The position numbers and the translations under genes are program-made. The notes beneath the pieces are model-generated. The model ran no database searches and was not told where the DNA came from. It was given only the letters and a program-made list of their open reading frames with translations. Below, one piece after another: positions 12,444 through 26,771 of a stretch of 64,000 nucleotides of DNA. How positions within the stretch are numbered: position 1 is the first letter of the stretch; each line of letters begins with the position of its first letter. The stretch is from Chrysomallon squamiferum (taxonomy: Eukaryota > Animalia > Mollusca), in contig CM022671.1 of the NCBI GenBank assembly GCA_012295275.1, positions 18,476,001-18,540,000 on the forward strand. Direction: 5' to 3'.

Positions 12444-15400
12444 GTGAGTTAACAACATTTATTTATACTTTCAATTTTCTGAAATTATAAAGTCAATGCG
12501 ACAAATTTACAATGTGCATGTTCAAAGTATTATTTAGCATTACAATAGTTTTTAAAACTCCACCCAGTATAAATATGATTTCTAATGTAATTTTATTATT
12601 ATATTTTCTTTTGTAAAAAACAAAATAGAATTTTAAGTAAATTTGAGCACTTTTGGAAAAAATTTCTCATTCCATTTATAAAAAAAAAATATAATTAATT
12701 ATATATTTATCATTAATTTACTTATTATCATCATCATTATTTATTAATTACTTAAACTTTTTATTATTAACTTCATATTTATCATATTAACCAATTAAAA
12801 TCCTTTCCAAAACGAAAATGCAATCAAATATTAAAATGACAAAATTCAGTTAAATAAAAAAATAAATAATAATAATAACCTAATAGTTTGGCTGTGTGTG
12901 CTTAAATATAAAGTAATGATTGTTCGCTGCCTGGGCTGTCAAACTGTCAAAAACAGTTGTTTGATTACTTCTATTGATTTACTTTGTAATTTTAATGATG
13001 CTTTTAACTCTACACTAACAAAGTGTTTGGTTATTAATAACACTATATGCAAAATACATTCAAATAACCATCAGAATTAAATACACAATTCTGTTATGGA
13101 AAATTATTTTATTCCTTCATCTTAGTCTTCTATTCATTCATTTTTATACTGTCTCTCATTTTTTTTTTTTTTTTTTTTTTGCTTCGGTAGTTTTAGATGT
13201 GCGTTTGTTTAGCACTAAATTGTTCTGAATTTACTTACATTTTATAAGGCCAAGAAATAACAAAAATAAAATCTTATTTGATCTTTTGAGAAAAAGAAAG
13301 AGAGAATGGAGATGGAGATAGAGAAAAGAAGGAATACAGGACAAATAGAGAAAAGGAGACTTAATATATCTATAATTGTCATTATTGTCATAGCAATGAT
13401 TATCATATCTACAGAGCGAAAATATATATTTATTTTAAAATATAAATTCTTATATATAAAATAATAACAAAGAAAATCCTTCAGACGTTGTTATTCATTA
13501 CAAATGGAATTACTTTATTTTCTGTAATATTTATTTATCCTGAGGGTGGGGATGTTAGAAAGATCAGAGAATTTATTCCCACTCTCCACAGTAGCATCAG
13601 TTTCAGATTTTGCTTCTATTTATTGAAATGCTAAATCTTTGTTTTCATCTCCTGTTTATCATCAACATTACATATTTACATAGTGATTATAAAACTGAAC
13701 AAAAGCCATAGCACATAAATTAATAAATTACATAAGGACAAGTCAACCTCAGTTTTTCTTGTTCAAGATAGATAACTCTGTTAAAGCTGATGCTTCAAAT
13801 TATCCCCACTTACCATGTTACATTGGTTGTGTCACTACATTTCAGTGTTATTTTGACACTTCACCACATTTCGGAACGATTTAGAATCCACCCTAATCTT
13901 TTACTGACATTCTTAAAGGAAACTTCTTTTTCTATAATAAATTTTAAAAAATCATTTAATTATGATAATTACATTTTCCACAGTTTTGGTAAACTTTTGT
14001 AATTTTTATCTTATTATCTACTTAATTTTGTGTTGATAATTTTCATGATTCTTTCTGACATGCTGTCTGCTTTTTGTGCTATGTGTGTGTCATTGAACAC
14101 CCGTTCGTTCTGCTACAGTATTTTGTAAAATTTTGTCGTAATTTCAGGTGGAGTGCAAGAAAGCCCAGCCCAAGGAGGTGATGCTTCCCACCCAGCTGGC
14201 AAGGGGCAGAGGACTGGCACGAGGAGCATACGGTCAGTTGTTAGTTTATGTGTGTGTGGGTGTGTGTGCGTGTCTTATTGGGCATATACCCCTTGTACCG
14301 TAATCCTTTGGCCTCTTGTTTCCATGGCAACCAGTTCTGCATGCTATTTTAGTCATATTTATATAGCCATAGACAATTTTTCATAGACTAAGATTTTAGA
14401 TTTTGTGATTTTTGTGTAGTACTATTCATACTTTATACATATGATACATATTGTTTTTTTTATTATACATGATTTTTTTTTTATTATTTATTTATATATA
14501 TATATATATATTTTTTATTTTTTTTTTACATAATTTTTTTATTATTATTTATTTATTTATTTATTTATTTTTTTTTATTTTTTTTTTTTTATTATTATTA
14601 TTTTTTAAATCTTGAGTGTTATTCATTGCCATCCATTGTTATGGAGAGTTTCAGCATGTTAACTCTCCACTTTAATAATGGTGGTGGGATTCTAAAAAAT
14701 ATGTTTTTTTTTTTTTTAGATCTATATATATGTGTATATATATAATTTAGTTGTGAGGTGATTTGTATATAAATATGTGTATATTTGCCACTAATGCCGT
14801 ATTGCAGTTGGACACACTATTAATTCTGAGGCAATAAGGAGGTGCAAGGGGCTGTATATTTTTTTCACAAATATATTTATAACTTTTCCAATCTGCGAAT
14901 TTCACTGCTTTTTTGTTTCACTGCAGCAAAACGTTTTTCTTGTTTATTAGTTGGGTTTTTTTCCATACATATATTGTATATTTTAATAATATATGTATAT
15001 TTAATTATATATATATTTATATATATACCATCACATTTATATGGAAATTAGATTCAGTATATGTTGTTTTAAATTTAAAAAAAAAAAAAAAAAAATTAGT
15101 TTAATAATAAAAATTAAAAATTAAAAAAAAAACACGTAATAATAATGTTTGTGAGTTGTGTGTGTGCACCACCTGGTGCCGTAATGTTGTCGTCGTAGCA
15201 ACAGAGCCACCACTCCTCACAACAAGATATTTCGTGTGTGTTTGTGTGTGCTTTATCTGCAGTGCAACTAAGATTGTTTTTCCCTTTTTCTAATCAATCT
15301 TCAGTGACGGAGGATGGAGAGGTGGTATGGGAAATACCGAACGATATAGTCGTACCAGAGCTGTGTAAGTTCATTTGCGCGGCAGACGGACGTCTGTCCA

Positions 15401-15509
15401 ACCAGACGTCCGACTGCTTGCTTCTGTTGCTGCCCTTACTCCTCTCAGATAGTCTATTTTTTATTATTATTTCTCTCTTTTTTTTTTCTTAAAATCCTTC
15501 TGTTGCATG

Positions 15510-15550
<41 letters not shown>

Positions 15551-16339
15551 TTTTTTAATCCTGCATGTTCTTTTTTTTTTTTTTTTTTTTCTCTCATGAC
15601 TTTTTTTAATACTTGTTGTTACTGTTGCTTTTCTTACGCTTTTTGTAATCTGCATGTGTACTTACATTGCTAACCACTAACTTACTAACAGATAACGATT
15701 TTAATATAATGGAAAATGTACAAATATTTATATTTCTGGTATTTAAGTTTACATGGAATATATATATATAATATATATTTATTTATTACCATATATAAGA
15801 TTAAATTAAAAAAGAAGCTTGTATTATAATAAGTAATGTTTAAATGGAAAATAAATATTTTTAATATATTACTATATGGAAAATACAAAAAAGGAAATGA
15901 AACAAAATATTCAGAGATTTAATATATAATCATACTTTTGTGTTTAATGTTATGTTAAATTGTAGAAATTATTATCACCTGTCCAAATAAAAACAATGGC
16001 TACATTTGTTTATGTTAAAGAAAATAATTTAAATGCTGGTTCCAGTTTCTTTTATAACTAAGAAAAAAAACCAGCATAATAATTAAAAACTGAAATTAAA
16101 CAAACAGAAGATCTATTCAAATAACTTGTTTGTTTTTGACTTAAGAAAAGGCATTTTTAGAAACTCATCTTTCTATAGAACTAATGTAAAACTGGTTAAG
16201 AACTATTAAATGTTAACTCAGCGAAAAGACGAAGCAATAAAATAAGTCAAAATTTAGTTAATATTATTATTATTATTCTTACAATTATTATTATCATTAT
16301 TATAATTATTTTTGTTAGTGTTATTATTATTATTATTAC

Positions 16340-16395
<56 letters not shown>

Positions 16396-16687
16396 GGTTT
16401 TAATTATTAGTATATTTATACACAGAATATCTTGTACCTAAATGTTATTAAGAAATAATAATAAGAAGAATGACATTGCATATATATATGTACAATATTA
16501 TTCATGAAACATATAAAATATTAATTAAAAGAAAAACGATTCTAAATTTTAAAAATGGCACAGATTACTATAAGACTGAGGAATATTTCCAGATTGTTTT
16601 AAAATACATTTAATGTATTTTATACAAAGTCTGTGTTTCAGCTGAAACAATTAGAAATTGATATATTACTTTTTCATTGTTTTTATT

Positions 16688-16731
<44 letters not shown>

Positions 16732-19504
16732 CATTATTAAAACAAAATAAATTTCCCCAGTAGAACCCACAGCAAAAAACATGAAAGTGAAGTTACATAA
16801 AAAAAAAATAATAATAATAATAATTAAAAAAAAAAAAGCAGTGTAACACATTCACGTGATTCATTAAAACAATGTAATACTAATTGGTTGCTTGTTATAT
16901 TGTCAGCTTTAAGTGTGCTAAAGCATATATTGCACAATCTGCTTTATTACAGTAGACAATTGTTGCCATGGAAACCAACTTGTTACAAATGATTTGATGA
17001 GGAATATGAATTAAAACAAAAGAACAAAATAAGGACAAATGTTTTTGAATTAGCTCATACTGAAATATTTGTTTTTGTTCTAATGTTGTAGATATATAGC
17101 TGAGTTTTATTAGCATTTATGTTGTATGCATGTTTGTGTTGTTCTTGATATTGTTTTTGATGTTGTTTATTGGTTCCTGCATGGTTGTGTTTGTCTGTCT
17201 GTCTGTGTATGTGTTAGTTTGTCAAAATAGTTGAAATAGGTTGTCATATTTTTGTTGTGTATTTGTTATATATTTGTTATTTTTATTATTTCTTTGTTTA
17301 TTTATTTATTTAAATTAAGATAAACATGTATTAAATACTTTTTTATTTTTTTTTAAATTTTTTTAAATATTATTTAAATCTTGTAACTACTGGTACTAAA
17401 TAAATATTAAGTTTAGTTAAATAAAAATTAAATAAAAATAAAATTAAAAAAAATAATTTTTTATATTTATCATACAGTTTCAAACATATAATTTTTAAAG
17501 AAATTAAAAGTAATATTATATTAAAGAAAATATATTTGAATGAATAATAATAATAACAAACTAATTGAATTGATAACACAGTGAAATAATATTGATGATG
17601 ATAATAAATAAATAAAAATAATAACATCAACAGCAATAGTAAATAAGTAATAACAAAATGTTCCATCACCTATAGAGTACCAATCATTTTTCCATATATG
17701 CATTGTTGTTAAAAGCCTGAATGAGTAAGTTATGTGGAAATAAAACTGAAAACATGTCATTTTAATTTCACATGCATGGCTTACAGAATATTTTAACAAA
17801 ACGATAGATACAAATAACGCATGACTGCTTATTGCATATCAGATTATTAAAATTACTTCTTCCAGAATTTAAAAAATAAAAATATAATAGCAATAATAAA
17901 AGAATATATTTAATTTTTTTTTTTTTTTTGAATTTTTACGTATCTTATTTTTGTATTTCTCTGCAGTGAACTTTGTAAATTGGTTTGTGTGGTGTCATCA
18001 ATTTTGCATTTTAAAAATAAAAATAAAAATAATCTTCATCAATTTATCCAACGTGCCAGAGTGTAGGTTGTATTCTGTTAAATGTTTATGATCTGAATGT
18101 TAACCCTTTGTGTTTTAAAGTGTGAATACAGTATTTACTGTGTGTGGGTGAAATTATTATGTGTGGGTGAGATAGAAAATGTATAAATGAATATATAAAA
18201 TGTATGGGTGTGTGTGCATGCATGTGTATATATTTGTATTAATGTATGAATGAATGAATGTGTGTGTGTGTGTGTGTGTGTTATGCATAAATTTGGTACT
18301 ACAGTGCAAATCTATGTGTGTGTGTTTATGTATATATTGGTTGTTTGTTTGCAAATGTGTGTAGGTGTGGGGTGGGGTGGTGTGGTTGTGTGTGTGTGTG
18401 AGAATATGGGGATGTCTGAGTGTGCAGGGGATCCTTTTGTACACCTATATATGGGCTGTGTGGGTGTGTGAGTGTGGGGGTCTATTTGTGTAAGTTAGTA
18501 TTCACTCATTTGTAGTTTTTCTGAATATATACAAATAGTCTATGCATTATCATTAATGCATACATAAAAAGAGTTTTAAAAGTACTAGCGTTTAGAAATA
18601 GATAGCCTGAGTGTGCTATAATGAGCAAGTGTCAGAATTTGTCATGTGTTAAATGTTTGCATAATGCATTCTTTGTCCAGCTTGATAAATCAAGTCTGAC
18701 AGAAAATGTTTGAAAGTTTTATTCTGTTTGTCACGTGAAAACCTGCATGTTATTTTAATTTTTCGTTGAGTTTTAAAGTTTTTGAATTTTTTAGTATTTT
18801 TATTTGTAATTTTTATTATTATTATTATTATTATAATTTATAATTTTATTTGTTTATGACTTAAAAATAATCACATACTTTTTTATCTCCAATACAGAAA
18901 ATTAAAAATGTCTGTCTCTATATATATATATCTCATTCTAAATATTTAATATTAATTATATTCTGTAAGCCATTAATTTCAACATGTACATTATCAGCCT
19001 ACCTAATATTCTATATATTTAATATTAATTAAAATATTGATGCAGTTCATTATAACACACAAAAAACATCTATAATCCATTAAGTAAAATGTTAAAATAA
19101 AATATAATTAATATAATTCATATTCAAAGTTTTATAAAAGTTATATGATATATAATCTTTTTAATATAGTATATATCTAATAACTGTATGTTGCCTCAAA
19201 TACACAATAACAGAAGTTTATCACATATAATGCATGTTTTTTTGTTTTTTAAAGCATACAAAATATTTTAAACACAATTTAAAAAATATTTAGAACTTAT
19301 TTTTGAAATACAGATTTTATTCAATTATGTAATATCTTTTAAAAATACTTTTAAAAATAATGAAAATTTAAATAATTAGGAAGGCATTCAAAATGTTATT
19401 TTAAAATATTCTGAGTTTTACTAAATTTATTTTAGAAAATGAATTTTATGATGATATTGGTTATAATAATTTTAACATTATTTTATGCATAGTGTTACAG
19501 TTTT

Positions 19505-19540
<36 letters not shown>

Positions 19541-21222
19541 GAAAAAAATGTAGAAAACAGACATGATTAGTTAGTGTTAAAACAATAGTTTTTTTTATTT
19601 AAGTTTTGCTTGATGCTAGCTTGTAGATCTGCTTCATTCATAGTAGTTACTGAATTTCAACTTGATAATATATTTTTTAAAAACCAAGTTTTTTTTTTTA
19701 TATATTTGTACAAACACTTAAATTTAGTTTTAAATTCAAAACTTTTTTTATCAGCAGTTTCTTTATTTAAGGGAAAATTTAAATAATTGTGTATTTGTAT
19801 TACATCCATATGTATAAAACAAAAACAAATTGAGTTTTTTAATGAAAAAAATAAATTTGGATTTAAAAAGTTGAGAGTAATATAAAATATTATCATTTAG
19901 ATTTCTTATGGATGTTTTTTTACATATAATTTTATTTTTATCTATGAAATAATATATGCAATAGTAATACCAGCAATAATTTGAATAGTAATACTAATTA
20001 GTATGATTATACAGATTATTACCATTATTATTTTATGTATCATAACAACCATTTTTTTTTTAATTTAATTAAAAATTAATAAAAAAAAAGAAAAAGAAGA
20101 AGAAGAAAAAGGTCACTGATAACAATAACATTAATATTTTTTTTTTTTTTTTAATTACATTTTTTGTTATGTATTTTGCAAAACAGGAAACTGATGCACG
20201 GCCATCTTGTTTTTCTTTTTCAACAGGCTATCTGCCGGCCGGATTCCCGAGCTTTGCCACTGCATATGGCCGAGGATTTCCAACAGCCTTCAGTCCAGCA
20301 GGGTACTATTATCCAGGTATGGAGTTGTTACAATTGGCTTCATGGTATCCTGAATCTCCACTAGGATTCTAAAGGATTCTAGAAGTTTATATTGAAGGGC
20401 CCACGATTTAACCTGGCGAGCTTGGCCAGTCACTGGGTCCTTCAGCAAATTCATGTTATTATTCTTGACTGGTTTATATGCAAAGTGTTCTAAATATGAC
20501 ATATCAGGAGATATTGTTGCACAAGTTCGCTAAGAAAAAAAAAAAGTAAAAAAAAAAATAATAAACAGCGAGCTTTGCCGCACAATTTTCACTCTTTTAT
20601 GTAAAAAAAAAAAAATGAAAAAAATGAAAAACAAAAAAGAGAGAAGATGCGTTCGTTTTTCCCTCCAGGTGGGATGACAGTGGAATTGTTTATTAAACAC
20701 TGTTGCCAGGTTACCAGTGTTGCATTTTGGACTAGAGCATCACACGCGACAGAGATGTGATTTTAAATTTTGTTTTTTTCTTACCTTTTAAAAAAAAATG
20801 ATAACAGATAATAAAAAATAAATTTAATTTTAAAATAATATTTTAAAAATTAATGCATTTTTGAAAAAAATAAAATCTGCATTTATAAAAAAAAGAATAG
20901 AAATCAGCTCTGACCCATAAAAAATTTATCCAACAATTTTTAATACTCAGTTTGTTAAACAAATGGATAATAATTATTATTATTTATTTATTTGTTTATT
21001 TATTAACTGTCATCAAATATTCTCAATAGAAACTATGATGTTAATATTGATATGTTATCCATTAAATCCTGTTTGTGTACAAATTTTGTATAATATCCCT
21101 GTATATTTCCCTAACTTATTGTAAAAACTGAAAATAACAATCAGCCAATTTATTTTAGGCTCAGGTTGATAAAGCCTATTTTATTTTGTTGTTACGGTAT
21201 TATCATTATTATTATTATTATG

Positions 21223-21258
<36 letters not shown>

Positions 21259-22981
21259 TCAAATGAGCATCTTTGTTTGTGTGTGATGCCAGCAGGTTGC
21301 ATATCGTCGTCAACAACAACAACAGAAAGAGGTATAGCTAATTCACTCCAGCTATCGAAGGCAAACTGTGCCAAAATTTATCTGCATTTTTCTTCCTTTT
21401 TTCTCCCCCCTTTTCAGGTTTTTATTTCACATTTTTATTTTGTTGTAGCATTTTAATGCTAGCCACATGTGGCCAAAATGTTTTTTACAAGTGGTTGTGT
21501 TTTAGAATTTGTCTAGTGTTATCTTCTTTTTATTCTTTTTTTTTTTTTTAAATTTAAAATTTTAATTTCACATCAGAGGAGTGCTGATTTTTTAACCATA
21601 AATTTTTTATTTTTTATTTCAAAACCCAATATTGTGGCATTACTGAAATTTTTTTTAAATGTTTTTAACAAATTTTATTACAAACTATATTAATCTACTT
21701 TTTACTGCCAAGAAATAAACTTTGTGAACAACAAAGATGACTGAAGACTGACTATCTTGATACTATCTTTGTATGTGGAAAATCATTTTAACGATATTTT
21801 AAAAAGCTGTCACAATTTGTTTTTATTCTGTACAGGTCAGATAACCACAAAATTTTGGTGCTTTTACTCATTCGTTCATTATTCATTTTAGAAATAATTC
21901 TTCTTCCTTTTTTTTCCCCCCTCCCCCCCTGTTTTTTTTTTAATTACTTTTGTTATTATTGTTATCATTAATTTATCTGTTTTTTGCTGCGATAATTTTT
22001 TATATGTTGTGATTGCCATTAATATGCCAGTGCGAAGGATTTATGTTGTAAATAATGTTGTGTAAAATGTTTTGTATTTTTTGCCACTTGAATTTTCCCC
22101 AGCAGCTTAACTGCTGTCCAAGATGATGTTAATTACAGTTTATTTATTAATATACTAGGTAGACAAATCTCATACAACAGTAACTAGACAAGAAAAATAA
22201 GAAAAAAGAAAGGTTATTTATTAATACTCTAGCTGCAGAAATATACTTTCCATAACAAAAATAAAATAAAATATAATAATAATACTAAGGACCTTTTGGA
22301 AACTAGCATTTTTCATTAGCCAATCGGATGTTAGATAACAATGACGTTGTATAAGAAAAAATGGTTTAATGAGATTTAGTGAAGCAAGTGCAGATAATCA
22401 GTTTGTTTGTGAGAGCAGTGAATATATATTTTTTTTTTTATAATTTTTTTTATTGATTTTTTTTTTTTTCCAATTATATAAAAGAAAAAATAAACTGGGC
22501 ATTCCTGCTGTGTTTTTTCAAATACAATTTTAATTATTATTTTTATTATTTATTTATTTATTTATTTTGTTTTATTATATTATTATTATTATTATTATTA
22601 TTATTAAAAAAAAAAAATTTTATTAAAATTATTGTATTAATTGATTTATCTCTTTAAAACAAACTTGTTTTTCGTTGTAAATGAATTTCTAAATGATTTC
22701 AGTATTTACAAATTGTTGAATTTTGAATGTAATGATGGCAATATCATTTTGGCAGCAAAAAAATATTTTTAAAAAAATCAAAATTTGTTATCAAATCAAA
22801 TTTATGTATATAAATAATAAATTATATTAAAATAATCAAATTTAAAATAAAAAATTTATTTACAGTTATGTTTTTAAATTTATGTTGAACATTTTTTAAA
22901 TTTTAAAATGTTTTGTTAACATATTCAAATTTTAAGCCAAAATTAAGCAATTGTAAACAAAAAATGGTTTTTTACTAAATA

Positions 22982-23014
<33 letters not shown>

Positions 23015-23637
23015 TACATATATATATATATATTTTTTAAAAACTTTTTTGGGTGTTTTGATTATTATTGAAATATGCAGTAATTTTAAATTGTGTTTTT
23101 GTTATCTAACTACAACCACGCAGGCGTGGTGATCACATCATCAACGTCAGAGAATCATGAACATTTTATTTATTAAACTTCAATGGACAGCTTGGATCTT
23201 TCAAAAAAGAAATATTTAAGAAAAAAAACAAGAAATGCGTTTTTAAAAAACTATATTTAAAAAAAAAAAACAAAACGAAAATGAAGATGAAGCAATAATA
23301 CCCTGATCTAAATAAAAAAAAATCAGGGTCAAAGTTCAATAGTGTGATAATACATTTATATATATATATACTTATATATACATATACAAATATATATATA
23401 CTTGTCATGATATTGTGTTATTGTATAAAGACAGCCATCTTTGTCCAAATGCTCTGTCCACTGGCTTTCATTTTTTTGTATGCAAAGTTGATTACTTAAT
23501 TGTCTTTAGGATAATGATAATTAGTTATTTACAATAGGTAGGTAGTTACTATGTGTTGTAGTGGGCATTGTTGTTGATTTAAAGTTACAATGTTCATGTT
23601 ACAGGTAGAATGTTAAGCAAATAGAGAGGACAATTTG

Positions 23638-23674
<37 letters not shown>

Positions 23675-26600
23675 ATAGTAAAATTTAAAAATGAAAACAA
23701 GCAATGTTCACTGTTCATTATATTACAGTGTTCGCTGTTCATTGTACACATAATTAGTAGTTGAGTGTAAATGTTATCAAGGGTACTGTAGTACAGTGAT
23801 CATTGTACAACTTGGTGTACATTGTACAATTTGATGTACACTGTACAACTGGAGGTACATTGTATAACAGTGTGTACATTGCTTGGAAGTGTAGAAAAGG
23901 TATTTTTACATCAAGTAAGTCATACTTTTGAAAACTTTATTTCATACTTTTGAAAACTTTATTTCATACTTTTTAAAACTTTATTTCACGTAACAATATT
24001 TTCTTTTTTCCTCTGTTATGCACCAGACCCACCAATTTTGCACTTAATTACTGCAATAATTTACTGATTTTAAATTTCATAAACATACAGGGAATTTCCA
24101 TGTTAAAAATGTACTTTTTAAAATAATATTTTTGCTTTTTTTTAAGAGATAAAGGTTCAGAAATAAAAATCATAATTGAAAAAAAAAAAAAAAAAAAAAT
24201 GAGATTAAAATCAAAAGGGTTTAATAATTGCCAAAATTAATTGAATTTTGATTTAAAAAAAAAAAAAAAAAAAAAAAGACCATGACTTTACCTTTAGTAT
24301 ATTAAAACTTTTAACCAAAGATATATCTATTTTATTATTATTACTATTATTATTTATTTTTTTTATTTTATTTTTTTTTATCACTGAAGCAGGCAAATAA
24401 TGTTTCCAAAATTGGCCAACCATTTTGTTTCTTTTCAAGGAAAGTACAGGAAGCGTTTTAATAAGAGCCTAATGACTTACTTGTTATAGTTTCTACATCT
24501 TCACTTTGTTAGAACTTAGGCTTTAGAGTACCCTGTTGTTACCTCGAGGCTGCAGCCACATCAAATCAGGGGTTCTTACAGGAATATTGCCAGCTCTCGA
24601 AGGATCAATATTACATGTTTTTACTGTAAATTATTCTCATTGAAACTTGTCGACATTTTAATGATGTGTGAATGTAATTGGTTCTGTGACAGATTTAATT
24701 GTCTACCTGTAAATACCTGTGCTGCCATTGTCGGCCACAAATCTTTGTTATTTGGCAAGAACTTGGCTAATTCTGAATCCTGGACATTTTGGTTAGCTGG
24801 ACTGATAATTACTCTTTTATTTATTTATTTATTTATTTATTTATTTTTTTATATACTTTTTATTTTTTATTGTGTATGTATATATATATATTATTTTATT
24901 TTATTTTGTTTTATTTTATTCAATTTTATTTTATCTTTTTAATTTATTTAGTTTTATTGTTTTACTGTTTTATTTTAATTTTGTTTTACAAACAGTCACC
25001 ATTTTGGTTAATTATTTTCAAAGTAATGTCCATTTTCATCAATTTGATGATTAGACCTTTTTAAATGCAACAGTTAAGGGTCTTCATTTTAGTTATCTCT
25101 ATTACAGTAAACATCAAGATTTTAGAGTTAGATTCATTTAGTTTTTAATTCTTAAAGTGCAGTTGTAACTAACTTTGCTTTTAATCAGTTTTAATTATAG
25201 ATTCTATGACATTGATTTCCTTTACCTGATTTATAAAATGACAAAAATAAATTGTAAATTTCACACAATTACCTCATTCTCTCACAAATTACTGTTTAAA
25301 AGCCTTATTTTTGGTTTACTATTAAATCTAATTCAAATATATTATGAATATAATATTTTAAACTTTTTATTCATTTTTTTTTTTAGAACTGTTTTACCTA
25401 AAAATGTTTGTATCTTGTTATTGTTGTTGTTCTTATCATTATTATTATTAATATTACTTTATTTTTTAATTTTTAATTTATTTTTGTATTTGTGATGAAC
25501 TTTCTGTGAAAGACTCCAAAGAAGGTTGGAACTGGATTTTATGAATTTTTACAGCAGAGATGCCAGATATCCAATTTTCACTAAATGCCGAGTTCTTGGG
25601 AAAGTCTTGTTGTGTTTGTTTTGAAGAATTGTTTCTCTAATTATTATTATTTTTTTTTTTTAATCATTTGAAAACATGAATGCTGTTTGCAATTGTTTGT
25701 AAAAGCTACAGCCAAATTTCTTGGTGCCAACATGATATTCAAGTGCTGGATTTTTTTTTTTTTTTTTTTTGTGTGTGTTATAGAGAAAAGACAGTTTGAT
25801 GGTGTATACATTCAGTGCATATGTTTCAGGTGTTCTTTTTTTTTTTTTTTTTTTTCTTGATGTGTCTATCCAACAAGATTACACAGGTAACAATTTCAAC
25901 AGGTATAAAAATTAACTTTGCGAAACAATTTTTAAATGGTTTAATATTTTGTGCAAAACAATCCTAAAGATTTTTTTTAACATTTTGTGAAACAAGTTTC
26001 AACATGATGCAGAAAGACTTTTTAGACATTTTCTTCACAGGGTTTGTACAGAGGCCAAAAAAAAAAAAGAAGTGACTTTTCAATTAATATAAAATATATT
26101 TAGATTATTTCAATATGCCAAAACATTTTTTTTTTAAATAATTTTAACATTGTGATACTCATATTTCACAATTTCAATGAAAAATATGATTTGTTTCAAA
26201 ACGTAAAGTTAAAAAAATAATAATATTTTGATATTCATTTTTTAACCCCATCTTCTTTTTTTTTTTTTTTTTTGTCACTTTAATACAAAAGATATTTCCA
26301 GAAATAATACACATTTTATCACTATGCATTAACACAGCATTTAAATGAGATATGCACACAGCTATATAATCATACGAAAGTTGAAATTGTTTTCATTTGT
26401 GGAACTTGCTGGTGACCCCTATGACCTCAGACATTTTTTTTTTTTTTTTTTTTTTTGTCCATTAATTCGTTCTCCTGACAGGAGTATAATAATGGACTGA
26501 ATTACATTTTGAATAAAGATTTTCATTGGCTACAATTGTTAGTGTTGTCATTTTTTGATAATCTCTGATAAATGAATTACTGTTATTATAATGTAATGTT

Positions 26601-26733
26601 ATTTTTTGACTGATCAAATGATTTTTTTGCTTGTTTGTCATGGTTTTCTTGCTTGATGTTCATTATTATGTTGTATGGTTGCATGGTTTGCTGTTTAAGC
26701 TGTATTATAAATTTATATGTCAATTTTTCTATG

Positions 26734-26771
<38 letters not shown>

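Noticed and set aside
14233-14303. Donor read-through giving an alternative C-terminus ([23 protein letters not shown])
   Set aside because: It runs through a TG repeat and stops quickly; nothing in the sequence distinguishes it from ordinary intron.
17967-17982. Strong acceptor (ttctctgcag) suggesting a microexon
   Set aside because: The nearby GT donors give 8 or 16 nt (frameshifting) and are weak; no further support.
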